A stretch of 64,000 nucleotides of DNA. Origin: Candidatus Zixiibacteriota bacterium. Its GTDB lineage: Bacteria; Zixibacteria; MSB-5A5; GN15; FEB-12. This document shows positions 47,194 through 55,832 of this stretch, piece after piece. The stretch spans positions 2,623,890-2,687,889 of the forward strand of contig CP070777.1 in the NCBI GenBank assembly GCA_020346225.1, written 5' to 3'. The notes under the pieces were generated by a model. That model ran no database searches, was not told where the DNA came from, and saw only the letters and a list, made by a program, of their open reading frames with translations. Positions within the stretch are counted from its first letter, which is position 1. Each line of letters starts with the position of its first letter. The translations under genes and the position numbers were made by a program.

Positions 47194-47982
47194 TTATCTC
47201 TTCAGGCTGTTGGCAATTTGAGCCATGTCATCAGCTGTCTGAATGGCCTTGGAATTCATTTCGTAAGCTCTCTGGGCCACGATCATGTTGACCATCTCGT
47301 CCACCACCTTCACGTTCGACATCTCCAGATAGCCCTGGTCGATCTGCCCCAGGCCGCTCTGAGTGGGTACGTCAACAAGCGGGTCACCCGAGGCGCTGGT
47401 CTGGACCAGCAGGTTGTGGCCGATGGCCGACAGGCCCGAAGGGTTTATGAACCGGGCCAGCTCAATCTGACCGATCTGCGTGGGAACGTCGGTTCCGTAC
47501 TGCATGACCTCGACCGTCCCGTCGGAACCCACCGACAACGACACGGCGTCCTCGGGGATAGTGATCTCCGGAAGGAGCCGGTACCCTTCCGAGGTGACGA
47601 TGCCGCCGTCGGCCGAGAGTTTGAACGCCCCGTCCCGGGTGTACACGGTGCTCCCGTCGGGATACTGAATCTGATAGAAACCGTCGCCGGCGATAGCCAG
47701 GTCGAGCGGGTTCCCCGTCGGCGTCAGATCACCCTCGGTGAACTGGCGATGGGTGGTAACCGCCTTGGTGCCGTACCCGATCGACAGCTCCGTCGGCAAC
47801 TGGGTGCCCACCGAAGAGGCGCTGCCTGCTTTGCGGAAGTTCTGGTACAGCACGTCCTGGAATTCCACCTTGCTCTTCTTGAAGCCGGTCGTATTGACGT
47901 TGGCCAGGTTGTTAGCGATGTTGTCGACGTTCATCTGCTGCGCTATCATTCCCGTGGCAGCTGTTCGCATCGCTTTGATCAT
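47194..47982 (-). CDS. flgG: distal rod protein FlgG
   Basis: 262 aa. MIKAMRTAATGMIAQQMNVDNIANNLANVNTTGFK and C-terminal GYLEMSNVKVVDEMVNMIVAQRAYE. Confidence 0.9.
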   Translation of the reverse strand: MIKAMRTAATGMIAQQMNVDNIANNLANVNTTGFKKSKVEFQDVLYQNFRKAGSASSVGTQLPTELSIGYGTKAVTTHRQFTEGDLTPTGNPLDLAIAGDGFYQIQYPDGSTVYTRDGAFKLSADGGIVTSEGYRLLPEITIPEDAVSLSVGSDGTVEVMQYGTDVPTQIGQIELARFINPSGLSAIGHNLLVQTSASGDPLVDVPTQSGLGQIDQGYLEMSNVKVVDEMVNMIVAQRAYEMNSKAIQTADDMAQIANSLKR

Positions 47983-48011
47983 CGTATCCTCCTATGTCCT
48001 TTTCCTATTCT

Positions 48012-48743
48012 CTATCCGTTTGAGCCGACCCGCCGGAAAAGATGATCCAGCGATTGATCCTGTACCTGGACCGCCTTGGCGTCGGCCTCGTAATTTCTGA
48101 AGGAAATTATCATATCTATCATTTCACGGACGATATCGACATTGGACGCTTCGAGGAACCCCTGCTGGATCGTGGACGTTTCCACCGTGATCAGGGTGGT
48201 ACCTTCGGGAACGGCGAAGAGCGAACTGCCGATTTTTTCCAGCTGCTCGAAATCGGCCACCGTAACGGGGGTGATGCGCCCGGCCGCCGAGCCGTCAACC
48301 TCAACCGTGCCGTTTTGGGCCACCGCCACTTTCCCGTTGCCCACTTCCAGCGGCCCCCCTTCCCCCACCAGCAGGGCACCGCCGGGAAAGCTCACAAAGC
48401 CTTCCTCGTTGACGCTGAAGCAGCCGGCCCGTGTCAGAGCCGTGGAACCGTCCGGAAGCTGAAGTCGGAAGAAACCCTCGCCGTCGATGGCCAGGTCTAG
48501 CTGGTTACCGGTTTTATCGAAGACACCCGGCGCGTAGCTGGTATAGACTTCGTCAACCATCGGTTGCTGCCAGTCGGACTTCCTGGGCTGCAGTCTCTTC
48601 TCGGCTTTCGATAGTTCCCGGGTAAAGATCTGGTCCTTCTTGAAACCGGGGGTGGATGCATTGGCGATATTGTTAGCAGAAATCTCCTGCTTTTTGATGC
48701 GGGGAATCATCCCCGACGCGGATGTAAATATGCCTTTTATCAC
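48012..48743 (-). CDS. flgF: proximal rod protein FlgF
   Basis: Rod-protein N- and C-terminal motifs (IKGIFTSASGM...ANNIANASTPGFK; GFLEASNVDIVREMIDMI). The GTG at 48743 with GAGGAGGAAAAC SD is preferred over the track TTG at 48782, which overlaps the promoter. Confidence 0.8.
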   Translation of the reverse strand: MIKGIFTSASGMIPRIKKQEISANNIANASTPGFKKDQIFTRELSKAEKRLQPRKSDWQQPMVDEVYTSYAPGVFDKTGNQLDLAIDGEGFFRLQLPDGSTALTRAGCFSVNEEGFVSFPGGALLVGEGGPLEVGNGKVAVAQNGTVEVDGSAAGRITPVTVADFEQLEKIGSSLFAVPEGTTLITVETSTIQQGFLEASNVDIVREMIDMIISFRNYEADAKAVQVQDQSLDHLFRRVGSNG

Positions 48744-48764
48744 GTTTTCCTCCTCTCTCTTAGG

Positions 48765-48781
48765 AAGCAGAGAGTATGCCA
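48765..48781 (-). promoter_or_regulatory. sigma54 promoter of the flgF operon
   Basis: Minus strand TGGCAT-ACTCT-CTGCT (GG-N10-GC spacing exact). About 20 nt upstream of the flgF SD. Confidence 0.55.
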
Positions 48782-48880
48782 ACCGCGACGGGCCGACTCA
48801 ACTTATTGTCACTCAATCACATGCGGTAGTCCCTCGCATTGGCGGTCGAGCCGAATCGGAAGCGATTGCATTACGGCACG

Positions 48881-48893
48881 GGAATATTTTTCT
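48881..48893. promoter_or_regulatory. candidate enhancer (UAS) ~100 nt upstream of the flgF sigma54 promoter
   Basis: Plus strand GGAATATTTTTCT, similar to the GGAAATAATTTCC palindrome upstream of flgB. Confidence 0.3.
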
Positions 48894-48923
48894 GGGTTAC
48901 CTCGGGTTCGGGTCAGGGCAGGG

Positions 48924-49388
48924 TCAGTTCGACGATCGGTCGCTTCGGTGACGTTGACGATAAGAACGGATTGCGTTCTCGTCGGATTCTTTGGTCAGCG
49001 CGGCCTCGACTTCCCGGTGGTATTTGTCCCGCTGGTGCTGGCGCAGTTTGTCGTATTTCTTGCGCTCCCGACTGGCCTCAACCAGCTCCTCCCGCTTACT
49101 TTCCCGATCTTTCCTGAGCACTCTGAGAAGCCCGCGTCCCACCAGGGTGTCGCGCCGGAGCTTGTGCAGATAACGCGATACGATCAGCATCTCGGCCACC
49201 GAGAAGGCCGCGCGCGTCTTGCGGCGGGACAGGTCGAATGTCTCGGCCCGGTCATCTTCGATAGCCTCCAGCTTGTTTTCCTGGTCGTGCACCTTGCCGG
49301 TGCTCTCGGCCAGAGCTTTCTGCCTTTCCCGTTCGATGTGTTCCTTGACTTTCAGCAACGCTTGCAGTCGGTATTTGAACTTCTTCAT
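48924..49388 (-). CDS. fliJ: flagellar export chaperone/stalk FliJ
   Basis: 154-aa coiled-coil. FKYRLQALLKVKEH start typical of FliJ. 4-nt overlap with fliI. Confidence 0.65.
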   Translation of the reverse strand: MKKFKYRLQALLKVKEHIERERQKALAESTGKVHDQENKLEAIEDDRAETFDLSRRKTRAAFSVAEMLIVSRYLHKLRRDTLVGRGLLRVLRKDRESKREELVEASRERKKYDKLRQHQRDKYHREVEAALTKESDENAIRSYRQRHRSDRSSN

Positions 49389-50716
49389 GCCTGCGCAGCC
49401 TGCCTTTCGACAATTTCTCGCAGCCGCGCCAGCGACTGCTCATAGTCAGCTTTTTCCCATATCCCCTGCCGGAAGAAGGTGTTGAGATCATCGATCTTCG
49501 AAATGGCGTCGTCAATCCGGGCGTTGGAACCCTTGGCGTAGGCGCCGATGTTGATGAGATCCTCCGCCTCCCGGTACACCGAGACGATTTCCCGCACCTG
49601 TCCGGCCAGGTCACAGGCTTGTTGCGCGACGACGTCCTTCATCAGGCGGCTGATAGAATCGAGCACGTCCACGGCCGGGTACTGGTTGAGCGAGGCCAGC
49701 CTTCGCGACAGCGAAACGTGACCGTCGAGGATTGACCTCACCGCGTCCGATACCGGCTCATTCATGTCATCACCTTCGACCAGGACCGCATAAAGACCGG
49801 TTATCGAGCCGCGCTCGGTGTGGCCGGCGCGTTCCAGAAGTCGCGGCAGGAGGGCGAACACCGACGGGGTGTAACCTTTGCTGGTGGGCGGTTCACCGAC
49901 AGCGATACCGATCTCGCGCTGGGCCATGGCGATTCTCGTGAGCGAATCCATCAGAAGCATGACATCCTTGCCCTGGTCGCGGAAATACTCGGCGACGGTA
50001 GCGGCCACCATGGCGCCTTTGATTCTGATGAGCGCCGGCTGGTCGGAAGTAACGGCCACCACCACGGTGTTCTTCATTCCTTCCGGCCCCAGGTCGTTTT
50101 CGATGAATTCGCGCACTTCGCGACCGCGTTCACCGACAAGGGCAACGACATTGACATCGGCCGAGGAACCGCGAGCCATCATACCGAGCATGATCGACTT
50201 GCCGACCCCCGAACCAGCAAAAATTCCCATCCGCTGACCTTTGCCCACGGTAGCGGTCAGGTCGATCGCCTTGATGCCGGTACAGAGCTTCTCGGTAATG
50301 GGCTGCCTGCTCAAAGCCGGTATCGGCTCGGCATCGATCGAGCGCGTCGTGCTCGTTATCAACATGCCTTTCCCGTCGATAGGTTGGCCCAGGCCGCCCA
50401 CCACGCGGCCGATCAACTCCGGTCCGACCGGTATGCGCAGCTGCTCTGACGTCGAAGTTACGATGGCACCGGGCGTGATGCCACTGATGGGCCCCAGGGG
50501 CATCAGCAGAATACGGTCGTCACGGAAACCGACGACCTCGGCCTTGACGCAGTGTCCGTCTTCCCTGTTCTCAATATTGCAGATCTTGCCGATGGAAATC
50601 GCCGGGCCGGCCGATTCAATAACCAGTCCGACAACCTGCGTGACTTTGCCGAAGTGCTTTATGGTCTTGGCCCCGGCAATGCGCTGGGCGTAAGTATCGT
50701 AAGGAATGAATGTCAC
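49385..50716 (-). CDS. fliI: flagellum-specific ATPase FliI
   Basis: 443 aa. Walker A GSGVGKS, Walker B, strong similarity to the FliI/F1-beta fold. Confidence 0.95.
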   Translation of the reverse strand: MTFIPYDTYAQRIAGAKTIKHFGKVTQVVGLVIESAGPAISIGKICNIENREDGHCVKAEVVGFRDDRILLMPLGPISGITPGAIVTSTSEQLRIPVGPELIGRVVGGLGQPIDGKGMLITSTTRSIDAEPIPALSRQPITEKLCTGIKAIDLTATVGKGQRMGIFAGSGVGKSIMLGMMARGSSADVNVVALVGERGREVREFIENDLGPEGMKNTVVVAVTSDQPALIRIKGAMVAATVAEYFRDQGKDVMLLMDSLTRIAMAQREIGIAVGEPPTSKGYTPSVFALLPRLLERAGHTERGSITGLYAVLVEGDDMNEPVSDAVRSILDGHVSLSRRLASLNQYPAVDVLDSISRLMKDVVAQQACDLAGQVREIVSVYREAEDLINIGAYAKGSNARIDDAISKIDDLNTFFRQGIWEKADYEQSLARLREIVERQAAQA

Positions 50717-51414
50717 TTCTCATCATCTCCCGACACCAGCACTTCCTTGAGAACTTCAAACTGGGATTCCAAACGGGCATCAATATCGCCGGTAGGCGTC
50801 TCGATGAAACACCCGCCGTAACGGACACGCGGATCAGGCTCGACCGCAATCTCCTTGATGGTGGTACTGCTTTTAAGGAAACGATCGATGTTCTGCTCGA
50901 TTATGGGATGATGGTCCGGGTTGACTTTTATCTTCAGCCGGGAACGGTCGATGAGCGTGTCGATGACCCCGTTGATCATGGCCAGAGTGGACTCGGGGTC
51001 GACCTCGACCGCGTCATATGTCACTTTGCGACTTATCTCGATTATCAGGTCAAGAACCTTTTCCCTGGCTTCTTCCAGAAGGGCTTCGCGCTGCCCGATG
51101 GCTTCCTTTATGGCCTGGTCGAACTGCTCGAGCACCTTGGCCGCCTCGTCAAGGCCTTGCTCGAGTCCGGCCCGGTGACCCTCTTCGCAACCCTCGCGGC
51201 GGGCGTCGGCCAACCGCGCCTCGAGATTTTCCTCGATTTTGAAGACTTCCTGGATGGGTATGAGCTTGGCACCGTCGGCATCGGTCAGAACCGAAACAAC
51301 GGGAAACAACTGACCGAGACGGGACTCGGCCTTCTCTTCCATCTCGAAATCGAGGTGTCTTTCCCCGATAAAGACAGCCGCGGTCGACACCGGCCTGCGG
51401 AGGATTTTAGACAA
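50713..51414 (-). CDS. fliH: flagellar assembly protein FliH
   Basis: FliH-like C-terminal domain. The track start (51513) overlaps fliG by 107 nt. TTG at 51414 overlaps the fliG stop (ATTGTCTAA) and has AAGAGGA 5 nt upstream. Confidence 0.7.
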   Translation of the reverse strand: MSKILRRPVSTAAVFIGERHLDFEMEEKAESRLGQLFPVVSVLTDADGAKLIPIQEVFKIEENLEARLADARREGCEEGHRAGLEQGLDEAAKVLEQFDQAIKEAIGQREALLEEAREKVLDLIIEISRKVTYDAVEVDPESTLAMINGVIDTLIDRSRLKIKVNPDHHPIIEQNIDRFLKSSTTIKEIAVEPDPRVRYGGCFIETPTGDIDARLESQFEVLKEVLVSGDDEK

Positions 51415-52417
51415 TGATATCCTCTTTTCTGCCTCTGCCTGAGATGATAACCTGGCCCTCTTCCTCGAGCCGGCGGACTGCCTCGACGATTCGCGACTGG
51501 GCCGCCTCGACATCGGATAGACGTGTCGGCCCCATGAATTCCATCTCTTCCTGAATCATCACGGAAACGCGTTCCGAGACATTGGAAAAGATCTTGTTCT
51601 TGACCTCTTCGCTGGTAGCCTTCAGGGCGACGGCGATGTCTTTGGTCTCGATCTCCTTCAGCAGGCGCTGAATGGAACGGTCGTCAAGAAGAACGAGATC
51701 GTCAAAGACGAACATCATGTTCTTGATTTCCGCGGCCAGGTCGGCGTCTTCCGCCTCGAGAGACTGCAGGATGTTTTTCTCGGCGGAGGTATCGATGAGA
51801 TTCAGCACCTCGGCGATAGCCTTGGCGCCTCCGGAGGCCGACATTTCCCCCCCGGCCGTTTGCTCGAAGTGATCTTCCAGGGTCTGCTCGATTTCCTTGA
51901 GAATCTCAGGAGCGATTTTCTCCATGGTGGCGATTCGCAGAGCCACCTCCCCCTGAAGCTCCGGTGCCAGCTCTGAAAGAACCGAGGCGGCATGATGCGG
52001 ATTGAGCTGTGTCAGTATCAGAGATATCGTCTGCGGGTGCTCGTTCTGGAGAAAACTGGTCAGCTGTTTGGGGTCGATATCTTTCAAGAGTGAAAAACCT
52101 TTCGAGTGTATCGAGGATTCCAGGCGGTGGAGGATTTCCCGTGCCTTCTTACCGCCCACGGCCTTTTCCAGGATCTGCTGGGCGAAATCGATACCGCCCT
52201 GGGAGATGTACTGACGGGCCATGAAGATCTGGTGGCACTCTTCTATCACTTTTGTTTCCACCTCGGGAGGAACATCGCGCAAATTGGCGATTTCAACCGT
52301 AATGCTCTCCAGGTCCTGCTCGCTCATACCCTTGAGGACGTGGGCCGAAACCTCGGGGCCAAAAGCTACCAGGGCCACGGCGGCTCTCTGCATCGGTGTC
52401 ATTTGTTCGAAATCCAT
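51407..52417 (-). CDS. fliG: flagellar motor switch protein FliG
   Basis: 336 aa. MFVFDDL motif and overall FliG N/M/C organisation. Confidence 0.9.
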   Translation of the reverse strand: MDFEQMTPMQRAAVALVAFGPEVSAHVLKGMSEQDLESITVEIANLRDVPPEVETKVIEECHQIFMARQYISQGGIDFAQQILEKAVGGKKAREILHRLESSIHSKGFSLLKDIDPKQLTSFLQNEHPQTISLILTQLNPHHAASVLSELAPELQGEVALRIATMEKIAPEILKEIEQTLEDHFEQTAGGEMSASGGAKAIAEVLNLIDTSAEKNILQSLEAEDADLAAEIKNMMFVFDDLVLLDDRSIQRLLKEIETKDIAVALKATSEEVKNKIFSNVSERVSVMIQEEMEFMGPTRLSDVEAAQSRIVEAVRRLEEEGQVIISGRGRKEDIIV

Positions 52418-52424
52418 AACTTGC

Positions 52425-54005
52425 CTACTCGACCATCATGGTTTTGATTACACGGGCTATTTCTTCCGGCTGATCCTTGGCCGTTCTCTGCATTTTATCC
52501 ACCAGCCGGGGCTGCCGCATCTCGGCCTGAGCTTCTTCAACTTCTTCTTGCTCGACAACCGGTGACTCGCTCGGCCCGGTACGAAGCGGCTGACTGCCGC
52601 CGGTCGCCGCGACACGCCGCGGCGGAGGCGTGATACCCTTAAGCGCCGCAAAAAGCTTGGAGGATTTTTTCCGGAACCAGAACAGCAGGGCCAGCACCAG
52701 CAGAACCAGTCCCACCTTGCGGGCGATGTCCATGATGAACTCGCGCTGGTACATGCCGTCAAGAAGCTCCCGATCCTGCTGCAGATTCTGGCGGTCGAAG
52801 GCGATGTTCACCATCTCGATCTGGTCGTTTCTCTGCTGATCGAAACCGACCGCGTTCTTGACAATGGCCGCCAGTCGGTCCAGTTCCTCCTGCGGGCGAG
52901 GCTGATAAACCATTTCGGTCGCACCGCCGCCGCCTTCCACCGGACTGTAAACACCGTCCACCAGCACGGCTACCGAGAGACGGTCGATATTGCCCACGGC
53001 ATTGACTATGTGCTCGACCGTTTTGTTGAGTTCGTAGTTGGTGATGACGCTTTCCGAATTGTCGTCCTGGCTGCTTTCCGCGGACTCGGAGGGCTTGTCG
53101 GACGAGGTCGCGCTGGTTGTCACCCGCTCCTCGCTTCTTATCGACGGGGCGTTGGGGTCGAAAGTCTCGGAGGTCCTCTCGATCTGCTGGAAATCCAGGT
53201 CGGCCGTGACACGAATAACCGACTTCCCGGAACCCAGGACATCATCCATCATCGATTGCGCTTTGTCCTGCAGGTATTGTTCGACCTGCTTTCTGACCTC
53301 GAGCTGCGATGAAGACAGTCCGGCCAGCGGGTCGGTTTCGCTTCCGGAGGACATCAGGTTGCCGTCATAGTCGACGATGGCGATGTTGGCCGGTTTCAAA
53401 CCCTCCACGGACGAGGCCACCAGATGGGTAATACCGTTGATCTGGCGTTTCGACAGGCCCGTGCTGCCCTTGAGCTTCAGAACGACCGAGGCCGTGGCCT
53501 CCTTCTGGTCCTTCTTGAACAGCCTCTCTTTGGGCATTACGATATGCACCCGGGCGGCCTGCACCTCGTTGAGCTGCATGATGGTTCGGGTGAGTTCTCC
53601 TTCGAGGGCGCGACGGAAATTGAGATTCTGAAGAAAATCCGTCATGCCCAGATTATTCTCGTCGAAAATGGAGTAACCCATATTACCCGACCGGGGCAGG
53701 CCTTCCGAGGCCAGGGCTATTCTGGTCTTGTACACGTCACCCGAGGGAACCTCGATCCCGCGCCCGCCGTCGGACAAACGATAGGGAATCCTGTTATCGG
53801 TGAGATATGAGACGATCTCACCGGCTTCGGCCTGATCCAGGTCCGAATAGAGGGGCGTGTAGGTGGCGTCGTTGAGCCAGCCTACAACGAATATGATACC
53901 GACAACCGTTCCGGCGATTACGCCGAGCAGCATCATAACCTGGCTGGGGGTCATTCTGCCGACATAATCGAGTATACCTTTGAAATATTCTCCAATTCTT
54001 CCCAT
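52425..54005 (-). CDS. fliF: MS-ring protein FliF
   Basis: 526 aa, two TM segments, YscJ/FliF ring-building motifs. Confidence 0.9.
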   Translation of the reverse strand: MGRIGEYFKGILDYVGRMTPSQVMMLLGVIAGTVVGIIFVVGWLNDATYTPLYSDLDQAEAGEIVSYLTDNRIPYRLSDGGRGIEVPSGDVYKTRIALASEGLPRSGNMGYSIFDENNLGMTDFLQNLNFRRALEGELTRTIMQLNEVQAARVHIVMPKERLFKKDQKEATASVVLKLKGSTGLSKRQINGITHLVASSVEGLKPANIAIVDYDGNLMSSGSETDPLAGLSSSQLEVRKQVEQYLQDKAQSMMDDVLGSGKSVIRVTADLDFQQIERTSETFDPNAPSIRSEERVTTSATSSDKPSESAESSQDDNSESVITNYELNKTVEHIVNAVGNIDRLSVAVLVDGVYSPVEGGGGATEMVYQPRPQEELDRLAAIVKNAVGFDQQRNDQIEMVNIAFDRQNLQQDRELLDGMYQREFIMDIARKVGLVLLVLALLFWFRKKSSKLFAALKGITPPPRRVAATGGSQPLRTGPSESPVVEQEEVEEAQAEMRQPRLVDKMQRTAKDQPEEIARVIKTMMVE

Positions 54006-54069
54006 TATAAGTCCTATTTATAATGCGGTTATCCAGCCGTCCGTGGCCGGGTTTATTATGTCTGTTCGT

Positions 54070-54390
54070 CTACAAAGGCATGCGCATCAGTTCAGAATAC
54101 GCATCCATAAGCTTGTTCCTGATTTCCAGCAGCAAATCCATGGCGATTCCGGCCTCTTGAGCCTTGATCATCACTTCGTGCAGTTCCACCGGTTCGCCCG
54201 ACATGAAGGCCCGCTGAATTTCGGCCGCGTCAAACTGCAGGTCGTTAACCGACTCCAGCATCTCAGAAAACAGCTTGGTGAAACTCTGTTCGGGTTTTTC
54301 ACCCTGAGAGACACCGGCGGACGGTTTCTGGTCGAGTCTTTCGACCAGGCCGGGCACCAGCCGATTGATACTGCCGGCGGGACTGCTCAT
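54070..54390 (-). CDS. fliE: flagellar hook-basal body protein FliE
   Basis: C-terminal VELHEVMIKAQEAGIAMDLLLEIRNKLMDAYSELMRMP typical of FliE. ATG at 54390 lies 2 nt after the upstream TGA (the track uses TTG at 54396). Confidence 0.8.
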   Translation of the reverse strand: MSSPAGSINRLVPGLVERLDQKPSAGVSQGEKPEQSFTKLFSEMLESVNDLQFDAAEIQRAFMSGEPVELHEVMIKAQEAGIAMDLLLEIRNKLMDAYSELMRMPL

Positions 54391-54392
54391 AA

Positions 54393-54725
54393 TCAAACCT
54401 TCACATCGACCATTCCGCCGATCAGCGGATTATCCTGCTCGGAAGCCATGCGGTTCTGGTAAACCTGCCCGAAACGGGAACTGTCACGGAACCGGCTGAA
54501 CAACATATCCAGAGCGCTCTTCTCCTCGGGCGTCAGCATGTCGGTATAATTGTCGACTCTTGCCCGCACTGCCAGTCTCGACTCCGAGCCCTCGCTCTGC
54601 GGAGCGATCTTGACTTTCTTGCCGGGTTCCTCCGACCCCGCCTGCTGCGGCGTCTGCGGAGCCACCCGGTTCTCCCTCTGGACTGTCTGTTGATATGATT
54701 GGATAGCTACCGGATTGACTTTCAT
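54393..54725 (-). CDS. hypothetical 110-aa protein inserted between flgC and fliE
   Basis: ATG with GAGAGGA SD 7 nt upstream. GC3-rich codons. Stop 2 nt before the fliE ATG. No family recognised. The N-terminus MKVNPVAIQSYQQ resembles the start of FlgM-like proteins, but the C-terminal sigma28-binding pattern is absent. Confidence 0.5.
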   Translation of the reverse strand: MKVNPVAIQSYQQTVQRENRVAPQTPQQAGSEEPGKKVKIAPQSEGSESRLAVRARVDNYTDMLTPEEKSALDMLFSRFRDSSRFGQVYQNRMASEQDNPLIGGMVDVKV

Positions 54726-54741
54726 CGTGTAGTCCTCTCAA

Positions 54742-55236
54742 TTATATATCAAGCGCTTCTTCTGCCATCTTCTTGGCGGCCGAAATGGCCACGGTATTGG
54801 CCTCATAGGCCCTGGCCGCCGCCATCATGTCAACCATCTCGTTGACAATCTCGATGTCCGGATACTTCACATAGCCGTCTTCGTCGGCGTCGGGATGACC
54901 CGGGTCATGAACCAGCTTGAAGTTTGACTCCGCATCTTCGGCCACCTTCATCTCGACACTCGAGAACTCCGTCTTCTCTTTGAGGCGCTGCGGTCGACCG
55001 GGCATGTGCCCGTCCTTGGTGCGGTTGAGCTTAAGACCGGCCCGCCTCAGGTGCGAGGTGAAATTACCGTCGGTCTTGCCTTCCTTGACGGTGACCCTTT
55101 CGCGACGGTACGGCCCGCCTTCCTCCGTTTTGGTGGTCTCGGCGTTGGCAATGTTCTTGGCAACCGAGTTCATCCGGGCCCGCTGAATCGACAGCCCTTT
55201 GGATGAAATTTCGATTGCGTTCAGTATGCCGGCCAT
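54742..55236 (-). CDS. flgC: proximal rod protein FlgC
   Basis: 164 aa. IEISSKGLSIQRARMNSVAKNIANAET and C-terminal VNEMVDMMAAARAYEANT. Confidence 0.9.
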   Translation of the reverse strand: MAGILNAIEISSKGLSIQRARMNSVAKNIANAETTKTEEGGPYRRERVTVKEGKTDGNFTSHLRRAGLKLNRTKDGHMPGRPQRLKEKTEFSSVEMKVAEDAESNFKLVHDPGHPDADEDGYVKYPDIEIVNEMVDMMAAARAYEANTVAISAAKKMAEEALDI

Positions 55237-55246
55237 AGCTTAACTC

Positions 55247-55660
55247 CTATCGGCTCTGGATCGCTTTGCGGATCCCTTCGAATTTTCTCTGAAGCAGCGT
55301 AGCACCAACTGTGAAAAGAAGCTCGTTCTGGGCCAGGTTGGAAATCTCCTGGTCGATGTCGACCGAATTGAGGTCTCCATCTATCACCTCGGCCTCTTCG
55401 GGCTCCGGCGGTTTGGATTCGTGGTTGCCGGTCGGGATGTGAGCCGGATGGGTGGTTACGCCCGATAAGCGACTGTCATTCTTGGTGATACGGTTGAATT
55501 CCCGGTGAAAATCGATATCGCGGCTCTTGTAGACCGGAGTGGACGAATTAGCCACGTTGCCGGCGATCAGCTTCTGGCGGAATGAGGCGACATTCAGGAA
55601 TTTCCTGAAGTTGCCCACTCCGGTTCGATTGAACAGAAACTCCGCGATCTTATTTTCCAT
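55247..55660 (-). CDS. flgB: proximal rod protein FlgB
   Basis: 137 aa. FRQKLIAGNVANSSTPVYKSRDIDF and C-terminal LAQNELLF motifs. Confidence 0.85.
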   Translation of the reverse strand: MENKIAEFLFNRTGVGNFRKFLNVASFRQKLIAGNVANSSTPVYKSRDIDFHREFNRITKNDSRLSGVTTHPAHIPTGNHESKPPEPEEAEVIDGDLNSVDIDQEISNLAQNELLFTVGATLLQRKFEGIRKAIQSR

Positions 55661-55697
55661 GGCGCACTAAAACCTACATTTTGTCACTGGCCAACAA

Positions 55698-55713
55698 TGC
55701 AAGGCCGGTGCCA
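55698..55713 (-). promoter_or_regulatory. sigma54 promoter of the flgB operon
   Basis: Minus strand TGGCAC-CGGCC-TTGCA, a perfect match to TGGCAC-N5-TTGCW, ~38 nt upstream of the flgB ATG. Confidence 0.7.
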
Positions 55714-55802
55714 GCCGCCTGTCGCCGCATTTACTTGATTGGTTTTCAACGAATTAGGGTCGTGGCCGATTCGAACCCGAGCGCCCCCTGCCCCGCTCCG
55801 CA

Positions 55803-55815
55803 GGAAATAATTTCC
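55803..55815. promoter_or_regulatory. perfect 6-1-6 palindrome, candidate enhancer ~90 nt upstream of the flgB sigma54 promoter
   Basis: GGAAAT-A-ATTTCC read directly. The position is typical for bEBP upstream activating sequences. Confidence 0.35.
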
Positions 55816-55832
55816 CCCCGGGCGTGAACAAA

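Noticed and set aside
48744-48782. N-terminal extensions proposed by the ORF track (flgF TTG 48782, thrS GTG 27232, HK GTG 60212, fliH 51513, PP2C TTG 63461, RsbW-like 62172, GT-B TTG 39060, fliE TTG 54396)
   Set aside because: The extensions overlap promoters, hairpins or upstream genes and lack an SD. Internal ATG/GTG/TTG codons with good SDs or stop-start coupling give family-typical N-termini.
54484-54741. Alternative 85-aa frame overlapping the flgC-fliE orphan ORF
   Set aside because: It has no SD and overlaps the flgC stop. The competing 110-aa frame has SD plus ATG, GC3 bias and stop-start coupling to fliE.
55755-55790. tRNA-like T-loop sequence (GGGTTCGAATCGG) between motB and flgB
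   Set aside because: The flanks cannot be folded into a T-stem, acceptor stem or anticodon arm on either strand.
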